From Planctomycetota bacterium (GTDB taxonomy: Bacteria; Planctomycetota; UBA8108; SXIK01), in contig CBDCXR010000004.1 of the NCBI GenBank assembly GCA_965223845.1, positions 1,248,001 through 1,312,000 on the forward strand: a stretch of 64,000 nucleotides of DNA, in the 5' to 3' direction. Position numbers and translations under genes: made by a program. This document shows positions 19,201 through 28,820 of the stretch, in pieces. The notes under the pieces are model-generated. The model had not been told where the DNA came from and searched no databases. It was given only the letters and a program-made list of their open reading frames with translations. Each line of letters starts with the position of its first letter. Positions within the stretch are counted from its first letter, which is position 1.

Positions 19201-20600
19201 GTCCCGAGGGGGAGCGAGTACACCGCGACCGTGCCGTCGATGCGAGCGACGACCGCGCGCATCGAATCGGGGGAAACCGCGACCGCGACCGGCCAATCGG
19301 GCTGAGGCTCGAGGACGAGGCGCGGCGCGACGGTCCCCGCGGACCACACTTTCACGGAGCGATCGTCGGCCGCGGACACGATCGATCTGCCGTCGGGTGA
19401 GTAGCGGAGATCGAGAATCGCTCCTTCGTGCGCGAAGCGAGAATGAAGGAGTCGATTCGTTCCCTCCCTCGCGTCCGGTCCGAGCTCCCACACCCGGATC
19501 CGACGGTCGACGCCGCCCGCGATGAGGCGCGAGCCGTCCGGACTGAACGCGACCGCGTAGAGATCCTTGGTCGATTCGCTGAGCGTCTCGATGCGATCTC
19601 CGCTCTCCGGCCGCCACAACTTGACGGTCCGATCACCGCTCGCGCTCGCGAGGATGTCGCCGCCGAGACGGAACGCGAGATCGAACACCGGTCCTTCGTG
19701 ACCGCGCGGCGATCGCATGCCGACGCCGCTTGTGGTGTCCCAAATGCGAATCGATCCGTCGTAACTCGCGGTCGCGAGCACGCCACGGCCTCCGAGCGCC
19801 ACGGCGGTGATCGCATCACCGTGACCGGCGAATCGCGCGTCACCGCGAAACTCGTGAAGGAGCGCCCCGCTCCTCACATCGAAGAGGCGCGCGATGCCGC
19901 GCCGCCCGGGTTCGCCCCCGCCGGCGGCGAGGGTCGCGCCGTTTGCCGAAAACTCGACGTCCATCACCGCTCCGGGTGGACCGTCGAGGCGCGCGACGAC
20001 TTCTCTCCGCTCCGCACTGTAAAGCTCGACGAAGCCGTAGCGCCCGAGGGCGATGGTCACTCCGTCCGGTGAGTACGCGACGGAGTGGATCGGCCGGCGC
20101 GGCTCGCCGACGACAGGAATGTGCGGCACGTCGAGCGGGCTCCGCCTGCCCGGGGCTCGCGGCCCGGGTGCGCCATCGTCGATCCAGCGGCGGAGCAGAG
20201 CCACCTGCTCGGCTGAGAGGGGCCGACGTCGCCCCGGCGGCATGTACGGCTTCTCGAGGCGCGCGACGACGCGGTAGAGGAGACTCGACTCTCCGCGGCC
20301 CGGGATGATCGAGGGGCCGCTCTCGCCGCCGCGGCGAAGATCTTCGTACGTCTCGAGGCTGAGTCCGCCGTCGCGATCCTCATCGTTGTGACAGCTCGTG
20401 CACGAACGCGCGAGGATGGGGGCGACGGCATCGTCGTACGCGCTCGGCGATGCTTTTACCGAAGAGTCGTCCGTCGGTGCCTGCGCACGGACACGAGTCG
20501 TCGAGCAGAGCGCGACGCCGAGAAACGCCGCAAGGCCGCAGCAGATCGCGATACGGTCGCGCAGGAGTTCGCCGCAGAGTGGACGGAGCGATCGGGTCAT
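16239..20600 (-). CDS. Large exported fusion protein: planctomycete cytochrome c (PSCyt1) + WD40 repeats + PPC/Ig-like domains + inserted beta-sandwich
   Basis: Signal peptide; 'CTSCH...GGLSL...MPP...WIDDGA'; WD repeats ('GHGDAITAVA', 'SASGDRTVKLW'); PPC motifs ('DVDTYAF', 'ETEPND', 'DVDLHRF'). Confidence 0.88.
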   Translation of the reverse strand: MTRSLRPLCGELLRDRIAICCGLAAFLGVALCSTTRVRAQAPTDDSSVKASPSAYDDAVAPILARSCTSCHNDEDRDGGLSLETYEDLRRGGESGPSIIPGRGESSLLYRVVARLEKPYMPPGRRRPLSAEQVALLRRWIDDGAPGPRAPGRRSPLDVPHIPVVGEPRRPIHSVAYSPDGVTIALGRYGFVELYSAERREVVARLDGPPGAVMDVEFSANGATLAAGGGEPGRRGIARLFDVRSGALLHEFRGDARFAGHGDAITAVALGGRGVLATASYDGSIRIWDTTSGVGMRSPRGHEGPVFDLAFRLGGDILASASGDRTVKLWRPESGDRIETLSESTKDLYAVAFSPDGSRLIAGGVDRRIRVWELGPDAREGTNRLLHSRFAHEGAILDLRYSPDGRSIVSAADDRSVKVWSAGTVAPRLVLEPQPDWPVAVAVSPDSMRAVVARIDGTVAVYSLPLGTAVRVARGASPSTATFLARTVFLALALLEDGADEAPGKKKGDGKPAKPELVRVSPQGVERGRETSIRLVGKNLAGAREVRIHGTGKIEASITEGEREQITLRPSADLAPGRYELSLVGPGGDSEKVAFFVGDLPHVYEDQLADAGDVLAIDDGRSVWGSLSEAGDVDTYAFRGRAGEMVVFDVASEGIGAKADLVLDLLDADGRILARVNDVPGRGRDPIAAYELPADGVYRARLYDLQLRGTPEFEYRVDVGTFAYVTGTFPLSVSAGRKSTVELVGFNIGDAEPIEVERAQAGEIDVSLPPGFRSRGAIRVEATSELEIVETEPNDEASKAGAVSVPVVVSGRIAASGTGIDVDLHRFTAEAGTVYLVETDAARRRSPLDTKIEILDAAGVPVPRVLLRAVRDTSINFRPINSDQSGARLDNWEEMTLDQYLYLQGDVCRLFRMPQGPDSDMIFYTSAGKRRAYFGTTATAHPLQENGYIVDPHPPGARLSPNGLPTFLIHYENDDAGRRTIGSDSRLYFTAPATGEYCVRVTSVTGEQSPRHTYRLVVRPARPDFAVRIGGRDASVPRGSGRGFTVSVDRKDGYEGPIRIEIDGVPPGMVVSTPIEIQADQMSAQGTIFATPDATAVDARDDVLRLTATARIGGEEVSRVVGTLGSVKIADPPALLVDLQDVDSVEADPAPTWIALRPRQFIADSGTVLTPRADGALLASGSNPLTETYTITYDADLEEIDALRLEVLSDPSLPANGPGRADNGNLVITRIGASAAPRSNPASIKRLVFKAASADFTQSGFSPAALIDDDAKTGWAIARRTDKGYIVPKNSDGDPSHAATLELAKPLELAADGALKLTLEQHSGATSHNVGCFRVSARGRPRKTFDPRPVELTIAPGETIRALLRVERRSHKNRITFRVDNLPHGVIVDNIGLNGVLMPPNVNEREIFLTAYDWVPETSRLCHAVTNEAGAQTSRPVLLHVKRRAEVAGARTAR

Positions 20601-20642
20601 GGTCGATTCGGTCGACGCTCGCGGGCAGCGTCGGGCTCAAGC

Positions 20643-23129
20643 TTAGTGGTTGAAGATGAACTTCTTGCTGCTGAGGACGCTCCAGTAGAGATCTTCGAGG
20701 AACGCTCGGCGCCCGCTCTCGGGTGTTTCACCGAGCGCGCCGGCGAGCGCGCGCCGCTCCTTTTCGCTCGGAAGGCGGGACAGCGCGCTCAGGTAGAGAT
20801 TCTCGACGGCGCGTTCGTCGCTCCACTTCTCGCCGAGCACCCGGTCGATCTTGTTCGTCTTCGCGCCCAGCTTGTCGTTCAGCGTCGAGCCGTTCGCGAT
20901 GTGAAGGATCTGCGCGACGCTCGACTCGCTCGTCCTCTCACAGGCGCAAGTCTGTTCGCGCTTCGGCCGGCCGAAGGATCGAAGGAAGTACGAGTCGACA
21001 TTCGAGTCCGGCAGCTCGATCGCGCGCCATCCGCTCGGGTAGCCCGGGAATTTCGTCGGCACCCCCGTGACTTGCGAGTAGGCGTCGAGAAGCACTTCGG
21101 CCGAGAGTCGGCGGGCGAAGTAGCGGGCGTAGAACCTGCGGTCACTTCGATTCTCTGGCAGCGCACGGCTGCTCCGCTGGTATGTCTCGGACTGAAGGAT
21201 CGCCCGCATGAGAGCGCGGAGATCGTAGTTCTGCTCCTGGAGGTAGCCGGCGAGCGCGTTCAGGAGCGGTCCGTTCGTCGGCGGATTCGTGACGCGGAGG
21301 TCGTCGACGGGATCGACGAGTCCCACACCGAGGAAGTTCGCCCAGACTCGATTGACGATCGAGCGCGAAAAGTACGGGTTCGACGCGTCTACGAGCCAGT
21401 CGGCGAGGTGTTCTCGGCGATCCGCGCTCGCCGTGAAATCGAGCGCCTCGCCGTCGAGCGGCCGCGGCGGCTGAGGTCGTCCGGTGAGCGGCTGGACGAG
21501 CTCGCCCGCCGACGCACTGAACACGACGCTGCCGCCGCCGCTCGATTTCGAACGGACGCGAGAGAAGAGATTCGCCATCGCGAAGTACTGATCGTTCGTC
21601 CACTTCTCTAGCGGGTGATTGTGGCACTTCGCGCAGCCGATCGAGAGGCCGAGGAAGGTGAGGCTCGTCGCCTCGGCCATCTCCGTCGGGTCCGGGTGGA
21701 GAACGAAAAAATTCGTCGCCCCATTTTCTTTCGTGCTTCCCGTCGCCGTGACGAGTTCGCGCGCGATGCGATTCCAAGGCGTCCCGGCTTCGACATGAGA
21801 ACGAACCCACGAGTAGTACGCCCACATCGCTTCCTTGGGGAGCTTGTTGCTGCTCACGAGAAGGAGATCGGACCACCGGTAAGACCAGTAGTCGACGAAC
21901 TCTTCGCGTCCGAGGAGCTCCTCGATGAGACGATCCCGCTTGTCGGCGCGATCGTCGGCGAGGAACGCGCGCGTTTCTTCGGCGGTGGGAAGAACGCCGA
22001 TGGTGTCTAAAAACGCGCGCCGGAGAAACTCCGCGTCCGATGAGCGAGGCGAGGGCGGCAAGCGGAGCGCGCGCAGCTTCGCGAGGACGTGATCGTCGAC
22101 GAAGTTCCGGCGCGGCGCGCGATCGAATGCGTCGTCGCCGACGCCGGTGTCGTACGGAACGGTGGTCGTCGCGATCGCGATGCGGCTCAGGTACCACGCG
22201 GTGACGGAGCACTCGCCCGGTCCGACCACCGTGAGAAGTCCCTTCTCGTCGACTCGTGCAGTCGTCGTCACGGTGACGTCGTATTTCGCCCATGGTGTCA
22301 CGTCCTCGACGTGGCCATCCGAGAAGTGAGCGAGGACGACCATCTGCTGCTCGTCGCCGGGACGCAGCGTGGCGTTTGCGGGAAGAATCTCGAGGCGAGT
22401 GATGCGAGCATCCGTCGTCTGCGGGGGCGGCGATCCACGGGCGATCCACTCGGCTAGAACGCGATACTCGAGCGAGTCGACATCGAACCGGACTCCGCCC
22501 TTGTGCGGAACCGCACCGGTCGGCTTGAGGAGGAGAAGACTCTCCGCCGGGGCTTCGGGTGCGATGCGCCGGCCGCGAGCTCCGCGCGTGATCTCGCTGA
22601 AGTCGCCGCCCGCGTCGTAGCCACGGAGCGAGAGCTTGAAGCCGTTCTTCCCCGCCGCGGCACCGTGACAGGCGCCGGAGTTGCATCCCGCCTTCGCCAA
22701 GACGGACTGAACGTGGTTGCGAAAGCTCCACTCGACCCGCTCTCGTGCCTGCCGTACGATCACCGTCGCCTCGGCCTCCTCCCGTCCCGCGCGGATCCGC
22801 AATCGTGCGGTGCCGTCCGCGACGGCCACCAGGGAGCCGTTCTCGTACGCCGCGATGCCCGGGGGCTCGAGTTTCACCTCGAATGCGTCAACGTCGAGAG
22901 ATTCGCACGTCCGGCCGTCGCGTCGAGCCTGGACGAGGATCCGCTGCGCGGCCCCTCTTCCCGTCAGCTCGACGATCCTCGGGAATACTGCGAGACCGTC
23001 GCGTGGCGGTCGATCCGCGGGCTCGCCGGCGCTCGCGAGGCTCGCGCTGAAGAAAATCACCGCGAGCGAGTACCCGCCTGTCCTCACGGCTCCAATTCCG
23101 ATCGCGCGCGTCCGCCGTTCCACCCGCAT
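20643..23129 (-). CDS. DUF1549/DUF1553 (PSCyt2/PSD1) protein with Ig-like domains
   Basis: 'GCNSGACHG..GKNGFKLSL', 'FLRRAFLDTIG.LPT', 'CAKCHNHP', 'IVNRVWANFLG.GLV.PVDD', 'CACER', C-terminal 'FIFNH'. GGAGG RBS. Confidence 0.95.
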   Translation of the reverse strand: MRVERRTRAIGIGAVRTGGYSLAVIFFSASLASAGEPADRPPRDGLAVFPRIVELTGRGAAQRILVQARRDGRTCESLDVDAFEVKLEPPGIAAYENGSLVAVADGTARLRIRAGREEAEATVIVRQARERVEWSFRNHVQSVLAKAGCNSGACHGAAAGKNGFKLSLRGYDAGGDFSEITRGARGRRIAPEAPAESLLLLKPTGAVPHKGGVRFDVDSLEYRVLAEWIARGSPPPQTTDARITRLEILPANATLRPGDEQQMVVLAHFSDGHVEDVTPWAKYDVTVTTTARVDEKGLLTVVGPGECSVTAWYLSRIAIATTTVPYDTGVGDDAFDRAPRRNFVDDHVLAKLRALRLPPSPRSSDAEFLRRAFLDTIGVLPTAEETRAFLADDRADKRDRLIEELLGREEFVDYWSYRWSDLLLVSSNKLPKEAMWAYYSWVRSHVEAGTPWNRIARELVTATGSTKENGATNFFVLHPDPTEMAEATSLTFLGLSIGCAKCHNHPLEKWTNDQYFAMANLFSRVRSKSSGGGSVVFSASAGELVQPLTGRPQPPRPLDGEALDFTASADRREHLADWLVDASNPYFSRSIVNRVWANFLGVGLVDPVDDLRVTNPPTNGPLLNALAGYLQEQNYDLRALMRAILQSETYQRSSRALPENRSDRRFYARYFARRLSAEVLLDAYSQVTGVPTKFPGYPSGWRAIELPDSNVDSYFLRSFGRPKREQTCACERTSESSVAQILHIANGSTLNDKLGAKTNKIDRVLGEKWSDERAVENLYLSALSRLPSEKERRALAGALGETPESGRRAFLEDLYWSVLSSKKFIFNH

Positions 23130-23142
23130 TTCACCTCCGGCG

Positions 23143-24513
23143 TCAGAAGAGTTCCTTGATCTCGTGCGTGCCGAAATCGACGAGCGGAAACGGGCGCGAC
23201 TGCGGTCCGGGGAGCTCCGTCTCGAGATCGAGCCCTAGGCTCCGGTAGATCGTCGCGACGACTTCCGCGGGACCCACCGCGCGCTCCGCCGGGTAGGCTC
23301 CGATCTCGTCGCTCCGGCCGACGACGCGCCCGCCCTGAATGCCCCCGCCGGCGAAGTACACCGTCCAGCACTGCGGCCAGTGATCGCGTCCGCCCGCGGG
23401 ATTGATCTTCGGGGTGCGGCCGAACTCCGCGAGGTTACAGACGAGCGTCGAATCGAGGAGGCCGCGGTCATCGAGGTCTTCGAGGAGCGCGGAGTACGCC
23501 TTGTCGTACATCGGAGCGACGATGTCGCGCATGCCGGTGATCGAAGTGAACGGCTTCGAGCCGTGAATGTCCCACGTGATCTCGTCGAAGACGGTGATGA
23601 ACGTATTCACCGTCACGAAACGCACGCCGGCCTCGATGAGCCGCCGCGCGAGGAGGCAGCTCTGACCGAAGCGATTCACGCCGTAGCGCTCGCGGACCTT
23701 TTCGGGCTCCTTACTGAGATCGAAGGCCGCGCGCGCCTCCGGGCTCGTCATCAGACGGAACGCAACCTCGAAGTTGCTGTCCATCAACTCGGCGCTCTCG
23801 CTCTCCTCGAAGTTACCGACGGCGCTGTCGACAACGTCGCGGAGGCGACGGCGGCGGGCGAGGCGCGCTTCGCCGATCTTCTCCGGGGGGAGAAGATCCG
23901 GCACCTTGAAGTCTTTCTTTGACGGGTCCGCGTTCAGAGCGAACGGGTCGTGGGCCTTGCCGAGAAAGCCGGCGTCTTGGCCGTGGGGGAGTCCGCCCCC
24001 GGTGTTGCCCATCGGCTCCGGCAGCACGACGTGCGGCGGAAGATCGCTCCGGCGACCGCGCAGATAGGCGAGGGCGCAACCGGCGTGCGGAGTGTTCACA
24101 CCGCCGGAGAAGAGTCGCCCGGTCTGCATCATTTGGTGCCCCGTATCGTGCACGGCTGCCGCGGTGTGGAAGCAGGACCGGACGAGGGAAAACTTGTCCG
24201 CGTGCTTCGCGTGGAGCGGCAGAATCTCCGAGAGCTGGATGTCCGGGCTCTTCGTCTCGATCGGACGAAACGGACCCCGGATCTCTCGCGGCGCGTCCGG
24301 CTTCGGATCGAAGGTGTCGAGCTGGCTCGGCGCCCCGAGGTTGAAGATCATAATCGCGGAGCGGCGATCGTCCTTCGCGGCTCCACGCGCGTGGAGTGCC
24401 GCCCAGTGGGGAAGCGTGAGACCGATCGCACCGAGCGTTCCGACCTGGAGAAAGTCTCGCCGGGTGACTCCGTCACAGGTGCGAGCTCCGCCGTCACCGG
24501 TGATATCGAGCAT
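23143..24513 (-). CDS. DUF1501 domain protein
   Basis: 'CDGVTRRDFLQVG' Tat motif, 'PSQLDTFDPKP', 'LLARRLIEAGVRFV', 'WDIH', 'EFGRTP', 'GRDHW'. Confidence 0.95.
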   Translation of the reverse strand: MLDITGDGGARTCDGVTRRDFLQVGTLGAIGLTLPHWAALHARGAAKDDRRSAIMIFNLGAPSQLDTFDPKPDAPREIRGPFRPIETKSPDIQLSEILPLHAKHADKFSLVRSCFHTAAAVHDTGHQMMQTGRLFSGGVNTPHAGCALAYLRGRRSDLPPHVVLPEPMGNTGGGLPHGQDAGFLGKAHDPFALNADPSKKDFKVPDLLPPEKIGEARLARRRRLRDVVDSAVGNFEESESAELMDSNFEVAFRLMTSPEARAAFDLSKEPEKVRERYGVNRFGQSCLLARRLIEAGVRFVTVNTFITVFDEITWDIHGSKPFTSITGMRDIVAPMYDKAYSALLEDLDDRGLLDSTLVCNLAEFGRTPKINPAGGRDHWPQCWTVYFAGGGIQGGRVVGRSDEIGAYPAERAVGPAEVVATIYRSLGLDLETELPGPQSRPFPLVDFGTHEIKELF

Positions 24514-24706
24514 GTCCTGTTCTCCCTCTAAGTGACCGCGCACATCTTCCGACGATTGCGGCACTCACGATACCACACCGGAGGCGGAGAGATCAGCTTT
24601 GCCGCACGCCTCACGGCCCCGAAAGACGAGCGAACCTCGGCTCGAGTTCGGCGAAAGACGCCCGGAAAGGGCTCGCGGGGTCGCGCGCGATGCGCCGGCT
24701 GCGCGA

Positions 24707-25915
24707 CTAGCTCACCGCCGCGATCGCGTCGGCGAGCTGATCCACGTTCGCGGGAGTGATTCCCGCCACGTTGATGCGGCCCGATCCGACGATGTAGACG
24801 GCGTGCTCCTCTCGCAGCCTCTCGACTTGCTCCTTCGAGAGGCGGCTGAACGAGAACATTCCGCGCTGACGGCGAAGAAACGAATGATCGCCCGGTACGC
24901 CTCGCTCCTCGAGCTTCGTCGCGAAGAGATCTCGCATCGCGTGAATCCGCCCGCGCATCGAGTCGAGCTCTTCGATCCACCCGCTCCGAAGTTCGGCGTC
25001 GCCGAGTACCGTGCGAACGATCGCGGCACCGTGGGCCGGAGGATTCGAGTAGTTCACCCGGATCGTCGTCTTCATTCGACTGAACACGGCTGCCGCGGCT
25101 TCTTCGCTGCCCGCGACCATCGTGAGTGCCCCGACGCGTTCCGAGTAGAGTCCGAAAGTCTTGGAGAAGCTGCTGCAGATGATCAGCTCCGGACAGCGTG
25201 CGAGAAGGGCGATGAGACCCGCGGCGTCCTCGTCGATCCCGACGCCGAAACCTTGATAGGCGAAATCGACGAGTGGGATGAGCTCGCGCTCGGCGACGAC
25301 GTCGGCGATCGCGTTCCATTCGTCTTCGGTCGGATCCACGCCGGACGGATTGTGACAGCAGCCGTGGAGGAGCACGACATCGCCCGGCGGGGCCGCGCGA
25401 AGTGCCGTGAGCATCCCGTTGAGATCGAGTGCGCTCGCCGTGCGGTCGAAGTACGGGTACGTAGCACTCGCGAGTCCGGCTGCGGCGAACACCTTCGGAT
25501 GGTTCACCCAGGTCGGATCGCTCATCCACACGGTGACGCCCGAACACTGATCGCGCAGGAAATCGGCCACGACGCGGAGCGCGCCCGTTCCACCCGGAGC
25601 GTGCGCGGTGACGGCGCGAGACTCGAGCGCGGCGGAATCCACGGCCGACTCTCCCCCGCTCGGCGAGAAGAGCAGCTCGCGAACGAGGCGGCTGTACTCG
25701 GCATCTCCCGGAATCGGCTTGTAACTCTTCGACGATTCCGTCTCGACGAGTCGGCGCTCGGCCTCCTTCACGACGCGGAGAATCGGCGTCCGTCCGGTTT
25801 CGTCCTTGTAGACGCCGACGCTCAAATTGATCTTGTCGGGCCGCTCGTCCCGCTGGAACGCCTCGGTGATTCCGAGGATCGGGTCGGGCGGAGCGGGTGT
25901 GATCGATTCGAACAT
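24707..25915 (-). CDS. aspC: Aspartate/aromatic amino acid aminotransferase
   Basis: 'APPDPILG', 'NLSVGVYKD', 'PGGTGAL', 'HGCCHNPSG', 'DFAYQGF', 'SFSKTFGLYSERVG', 'GRINVAG'. Could equally be annotated tyrB. Confidence 0.93.
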   Translation of the reverse strand: MFESITPAPPDPILGITEAFQRDERPDKINLSVGVYKDETGRTPILRVVKEAERRLVETESSKSYKPIPGDAEYSRLVRELLFSPSGGESAVDSAALESRAVTAHAPGGTGALRVVADFLRDQCSGVTVWMSDPTWVNHPKVFAAAGLASATYPYFDRTASALDLNGMLTALRAAPPGDVVLLHGCCHNPSGVDPTEDEWNAIADVVAERELIPLVDFAYQGFGVGIDEDAAGLIALLARCPELIICSSFSKTFGLYSERVGALTMVAGSEEAAAAVFSRMKTTIRVNYSNPPAHGAAIVRTVLGDAELRSGWIEELDSMRGRIHAMRDLFATKLEERGVPGDHSFLRRQRGMFSFSRLSKEQVERLREEHAVYIVGSGRINVAGITPANVDQLADAIAAVS

Positions 25916-26218
25916 GACAGTATCCGCGGAAGGGGTCGACGATTGGCGGCAGGGCTCGAACGGTGAGAGACCACGAGTCGCGCGTCGAACCGACGAGTCA
26001 CCGTGGTGTTCATTGCGAACCCGATGGAAGCGCGGCAGAGAACGTTACGGAACGCCAATGCGGAAGGAAAGGAAAAACGCGCACGGCCGACCCCACCGGG
26101 CGTTCGATTCCCGCCGGACCGTGCGTCTCCGAGTGAGCGGGGTTTCTCTTGCGGGGCGATGGGCGAGCGTGCTATTCACGGCGTGTTCGAGTGGACCGAT
26201 TCCGACGAGGGGACACCC

Positions 26219-27304
26219 ATGGCCGACGACGCCCGCGAATTCCTGTTCGACCTTCTCCGCACGCCGAGCCCGTCGGGCTTCGAGAGCGCGGGGCAAAAGA
26301 AGTGGATGGCGCGCGTTCGCGAATGCGCCGACGCGGTCGAGAGCGACAGCTACGGGACGGCCTGGGCGACGATTCGTGGGACGGCCGGTGACGACGCACC
26401 AACGGTGATGCTCGAAGCGCACGCCGACGAAATCGGGTTCATGGTGACGCACGTCAATGATGACGGGTTTCTCTACGTCTCCCGCGTCGGCGGGTCCGAT
26501 CGGGCGATCGCCCGGGGAAAACGGGTGCGGATACTGGGCGCGAACGGTCCCGTGCTCGGCGTAATCGGCAACACCGCGATTCACCTCCGCGAGAAGAAGG
26601 ACGAGAAGATCCCCGAGCTTCATGAGCTTTTCGTCGACATCGGAGCGGCGAGTCGCGACGACGTCGCCGCGCGTGGCGTTCGCGTGGGAAGTCCGATGGT
26701 CTACGCCGACGACGCTGAAGAGCTTCGGCCAGGACGCATCATGGGGCGGGCTCTCGACAACCGCATCGGCGGTTACATCGTCGCCGAAGCCCTCGCGCGG
26801 CTCGCGAAGAAGCGGCCGCTTGCGACGGTATTCGGCGTCAACGCGGTGCAGGAGGAGATCGGCGGCCACGGAGCGAAGATGGTCGCCTATCGTCTTCACC
26901 CTACGGTCGCCATCGTCCTCGACGTCACGCACGCGACCGACTCCCCGGGAATCGATCACGGCAAGCACGGCCAGGTGCGTTTGGGGAGCGGCCCAACGGT
27001 CACCCACGGGAGCTGCAACCATCCCGAGGTGGTCCGGCGCATTCTCGAAGTCGCCGAGAAAGAGAAAATCTCGATCCAGCACGAGGCCGCGTCGGCCTTC
27101 ACGGGAACCGACACTGACGATGTGTTCATCGCGCGGACGGGCGTTCCCAGCGCGCTCGTGTCCTTACCGATGCGCTATATGCACTCGACCGTCGAGACCG
27201 TCGATCTGTCGGACGTCGATCGGTGCGTCGATCTGCTCACGGCGTTCGCGTTGTCCGTTGCCGGGGACGACCGTTTCTGCGTACCGCTCTCGTCGCCCGA
27301 GTAG
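26219..27304 (+). CDS. M42 family metallopeptidase (M20/M42 aminopeptidase)
   Basis: 'TPSPSGFE', 'AHADEIG', 'ALDNRIG', 'VQEEIG', 'LDVTH', 'GTDTD', 'RYMHS'. Confidence 0.92.
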   Translation: MADDAREFLFDLLRTPSPSGFESAGQKKWMARVRECADAVESDSYGTAWATIRGTAGDDAPTVMLEAHADEIGFMVTHVNDDGFLYVSRVGGSDRAIARGKRVRILGANGPVLGVIGNTAIHLREKKDEKIPELHELFVDIGAASRDDVAARGVRVGSPMVYADDAEELRPGRIMGRALDNRIGGYIVAEALARLAKKRPLATVFGVNAVQEEIGGHGAKMVAYRLHPTVAIVLDVTHATDSPGIDHGKHGQVRLGSGPTVTHGSCNHPEVVRRILEVAEKEKISIQHEAASAFTGTDTDDVFIARTGVPSALVSLPMRYMHSTVETVDLSDVDRCVDLLTAFALSVAGDDRFCVPLSSPE

Positions 27305-27335
27305 CGTCGTCGCGGGAGTCGACGACGCTGCGAAT

Positions 27336-28517
27336 TCAGCGTCGCGCTTCGACGAGGACCGAGAGATTCTCGGGCTCGACGGAGATCGCGCAGCGACCTT
27401 CGAGCAGCTCGAGAAGATTCTGGCCGATGAGGCGCCCGCGCCAGCCTTGAAGCACGGGAAGCTCGGAATCGGGGGCGCCCGCCCGCGCACTTTGGACGAG
27501 GCGGTAGAGCTGCGTCCGCGTGGCGATCAGACCGGCGCTGAGACCGAGCGATTGAGCCCGGCTCTTGAGGAGTACCTCGAGCAGGTCGACGATCGGCGTC
27601 AGCGTCGAGTCCTTGGGAGAGGGGTCAGGCGGGGCGGGGTACGTCTCTGGGGGGCGCTTGCGGACATCGCGAAGCAAGCGCAGTACCGAATCGCCGTGGC
27701 GCTTGATCCATCGCGGATGGAGCGCGCGCATCGTCGCGAGGTCCTTCGGGTTCTTAGGGAGTCGTCGCGCGATCTCGAAGAGCGCCTCGTCCGAGATCAC
27801 GCGACCGCGCGGCTGGTCGCGTTCGGCGGCGAGCTCCTCCCGCCAGAGCGCGAGCTCCTGAAGCGCGGCGATTTCGAGTCCCCGTAGGTTCCGTGCGCCG
27901 CGAAACCGAAGGTAGAGCGTCTCGGGGTTTCTACGGTAGAAGTTGATGTCGCCGTAAACTTTGAACTCCTCGTCGAGCCACTCGGAGCGGCCGAGGTCGT
28001 CGAGCTTCTCGCCGAGTGATTCTCTGAGACGTGGCAAGTAACGGACGTCGTCGAGCGCGTACTCGACCTGCTCCTCGGAGAGCGGGCGGCGCGACCAATC
28101 GGTGAACGCCTGCGCCTTCGGCAGTCGAACGCCGAGCGCCGCCTCGACGAGTTTCGTGTATCCGACGCTGTCGCCGTAACCGAGAAACGCCGCCGCGATC
28201 TGGGTGTCGTAGATGCCTGCCGGAGGCGTTCCCGCGCGGTCGAAGAAGATCATCATGTCCTGTTGCCCCGAGTGGAGGATCTTCTCGATGGCGGGATCGA
28301 GGACGATCTCGACGAGCGCGGAGAGATCGTCGATCGCGAGGGGATCCACGGCGACCACCTCGGGGCTCTCCACCGATTCGCCGTACGCGATCTGGACGAG
28401 ACAGAGACGCGGTCGAAACGACCGTTCGCTGATGAACTCGGTGTCGATCGCGAACGACGATTCCGTGCGAAGTCGAGCGACGAGATCGTCGAACGTCTGC
28501 TGGTCGCGGATGAGCAT
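27336..28517 (-). CDS. rnd: Ribonuclease D
   Basis: 'AIDTEF' exonuclease motif, 'LCLVQI', 'YDTQIAA', 'TDWSRRPLS..Q..YA.DDV.YL', HRDC domain, C-terminal 'GWR'. Confidence 0.93.
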   Translation of the reverse strand: MLIRDQQTFDDLVARLRTESSFAIDTEFISERSFRPRLCLVQIAYGESVESPEVVAVDPLAIDDLSALVEIVLDPAIEKILHSGQQDMMIFFDRAGTPPAGIYDTQIAAAFLGYGDSVGYTKLVEAALGVRLPKAQAFTDWSRRPLSEEQVEYALDDVRYLPRLRESLGEKLDDLGRSEWLDEEFKVYGDINFYRRNPETLYLRFRGARNLRGLEIAALQELALWREELAAERDQPRGRVISDEALFEIARRLPKNPKDLATMRALHPRWIKRHGDSVLRLLRDVRKRPPETYPAPPDPSPKDSTLTPIVDLLEVLLKSRAQSLGLSAGLIATRTQLYRLVQSARAGAPDSELPVLQGWRGRLIGQNLLELLEGRCAISVEPENLSVLVEARR

Positions 28518-28820
28518 GGAGAACTCCGGATCGCTCGCGGCGCCGTACCGGACGGGAATCTGAGGGCGTGCGCGCGGTCGAGCGGGCCGTACAGTACCAG
28601 AACCCACGAGGCGACAAAACCCCGTCGCGATCAACGAGCAGCAGGCACGCCGCTCGGGAGCTCGGCCGGTGCGGGCGGGATTCTGGTCGGCGTTCGGGCG
28701 ATCGGGTAAAGATGAGGCTTCTTCGGGGCGGTGGATTCGAGCGGTCTCGACGACGACGTCCGCTCGGATTCACGCGAACGCTCCGTGTCGGACGCACCAG
28801 TCAACGAGGAGTCAGCTTCG

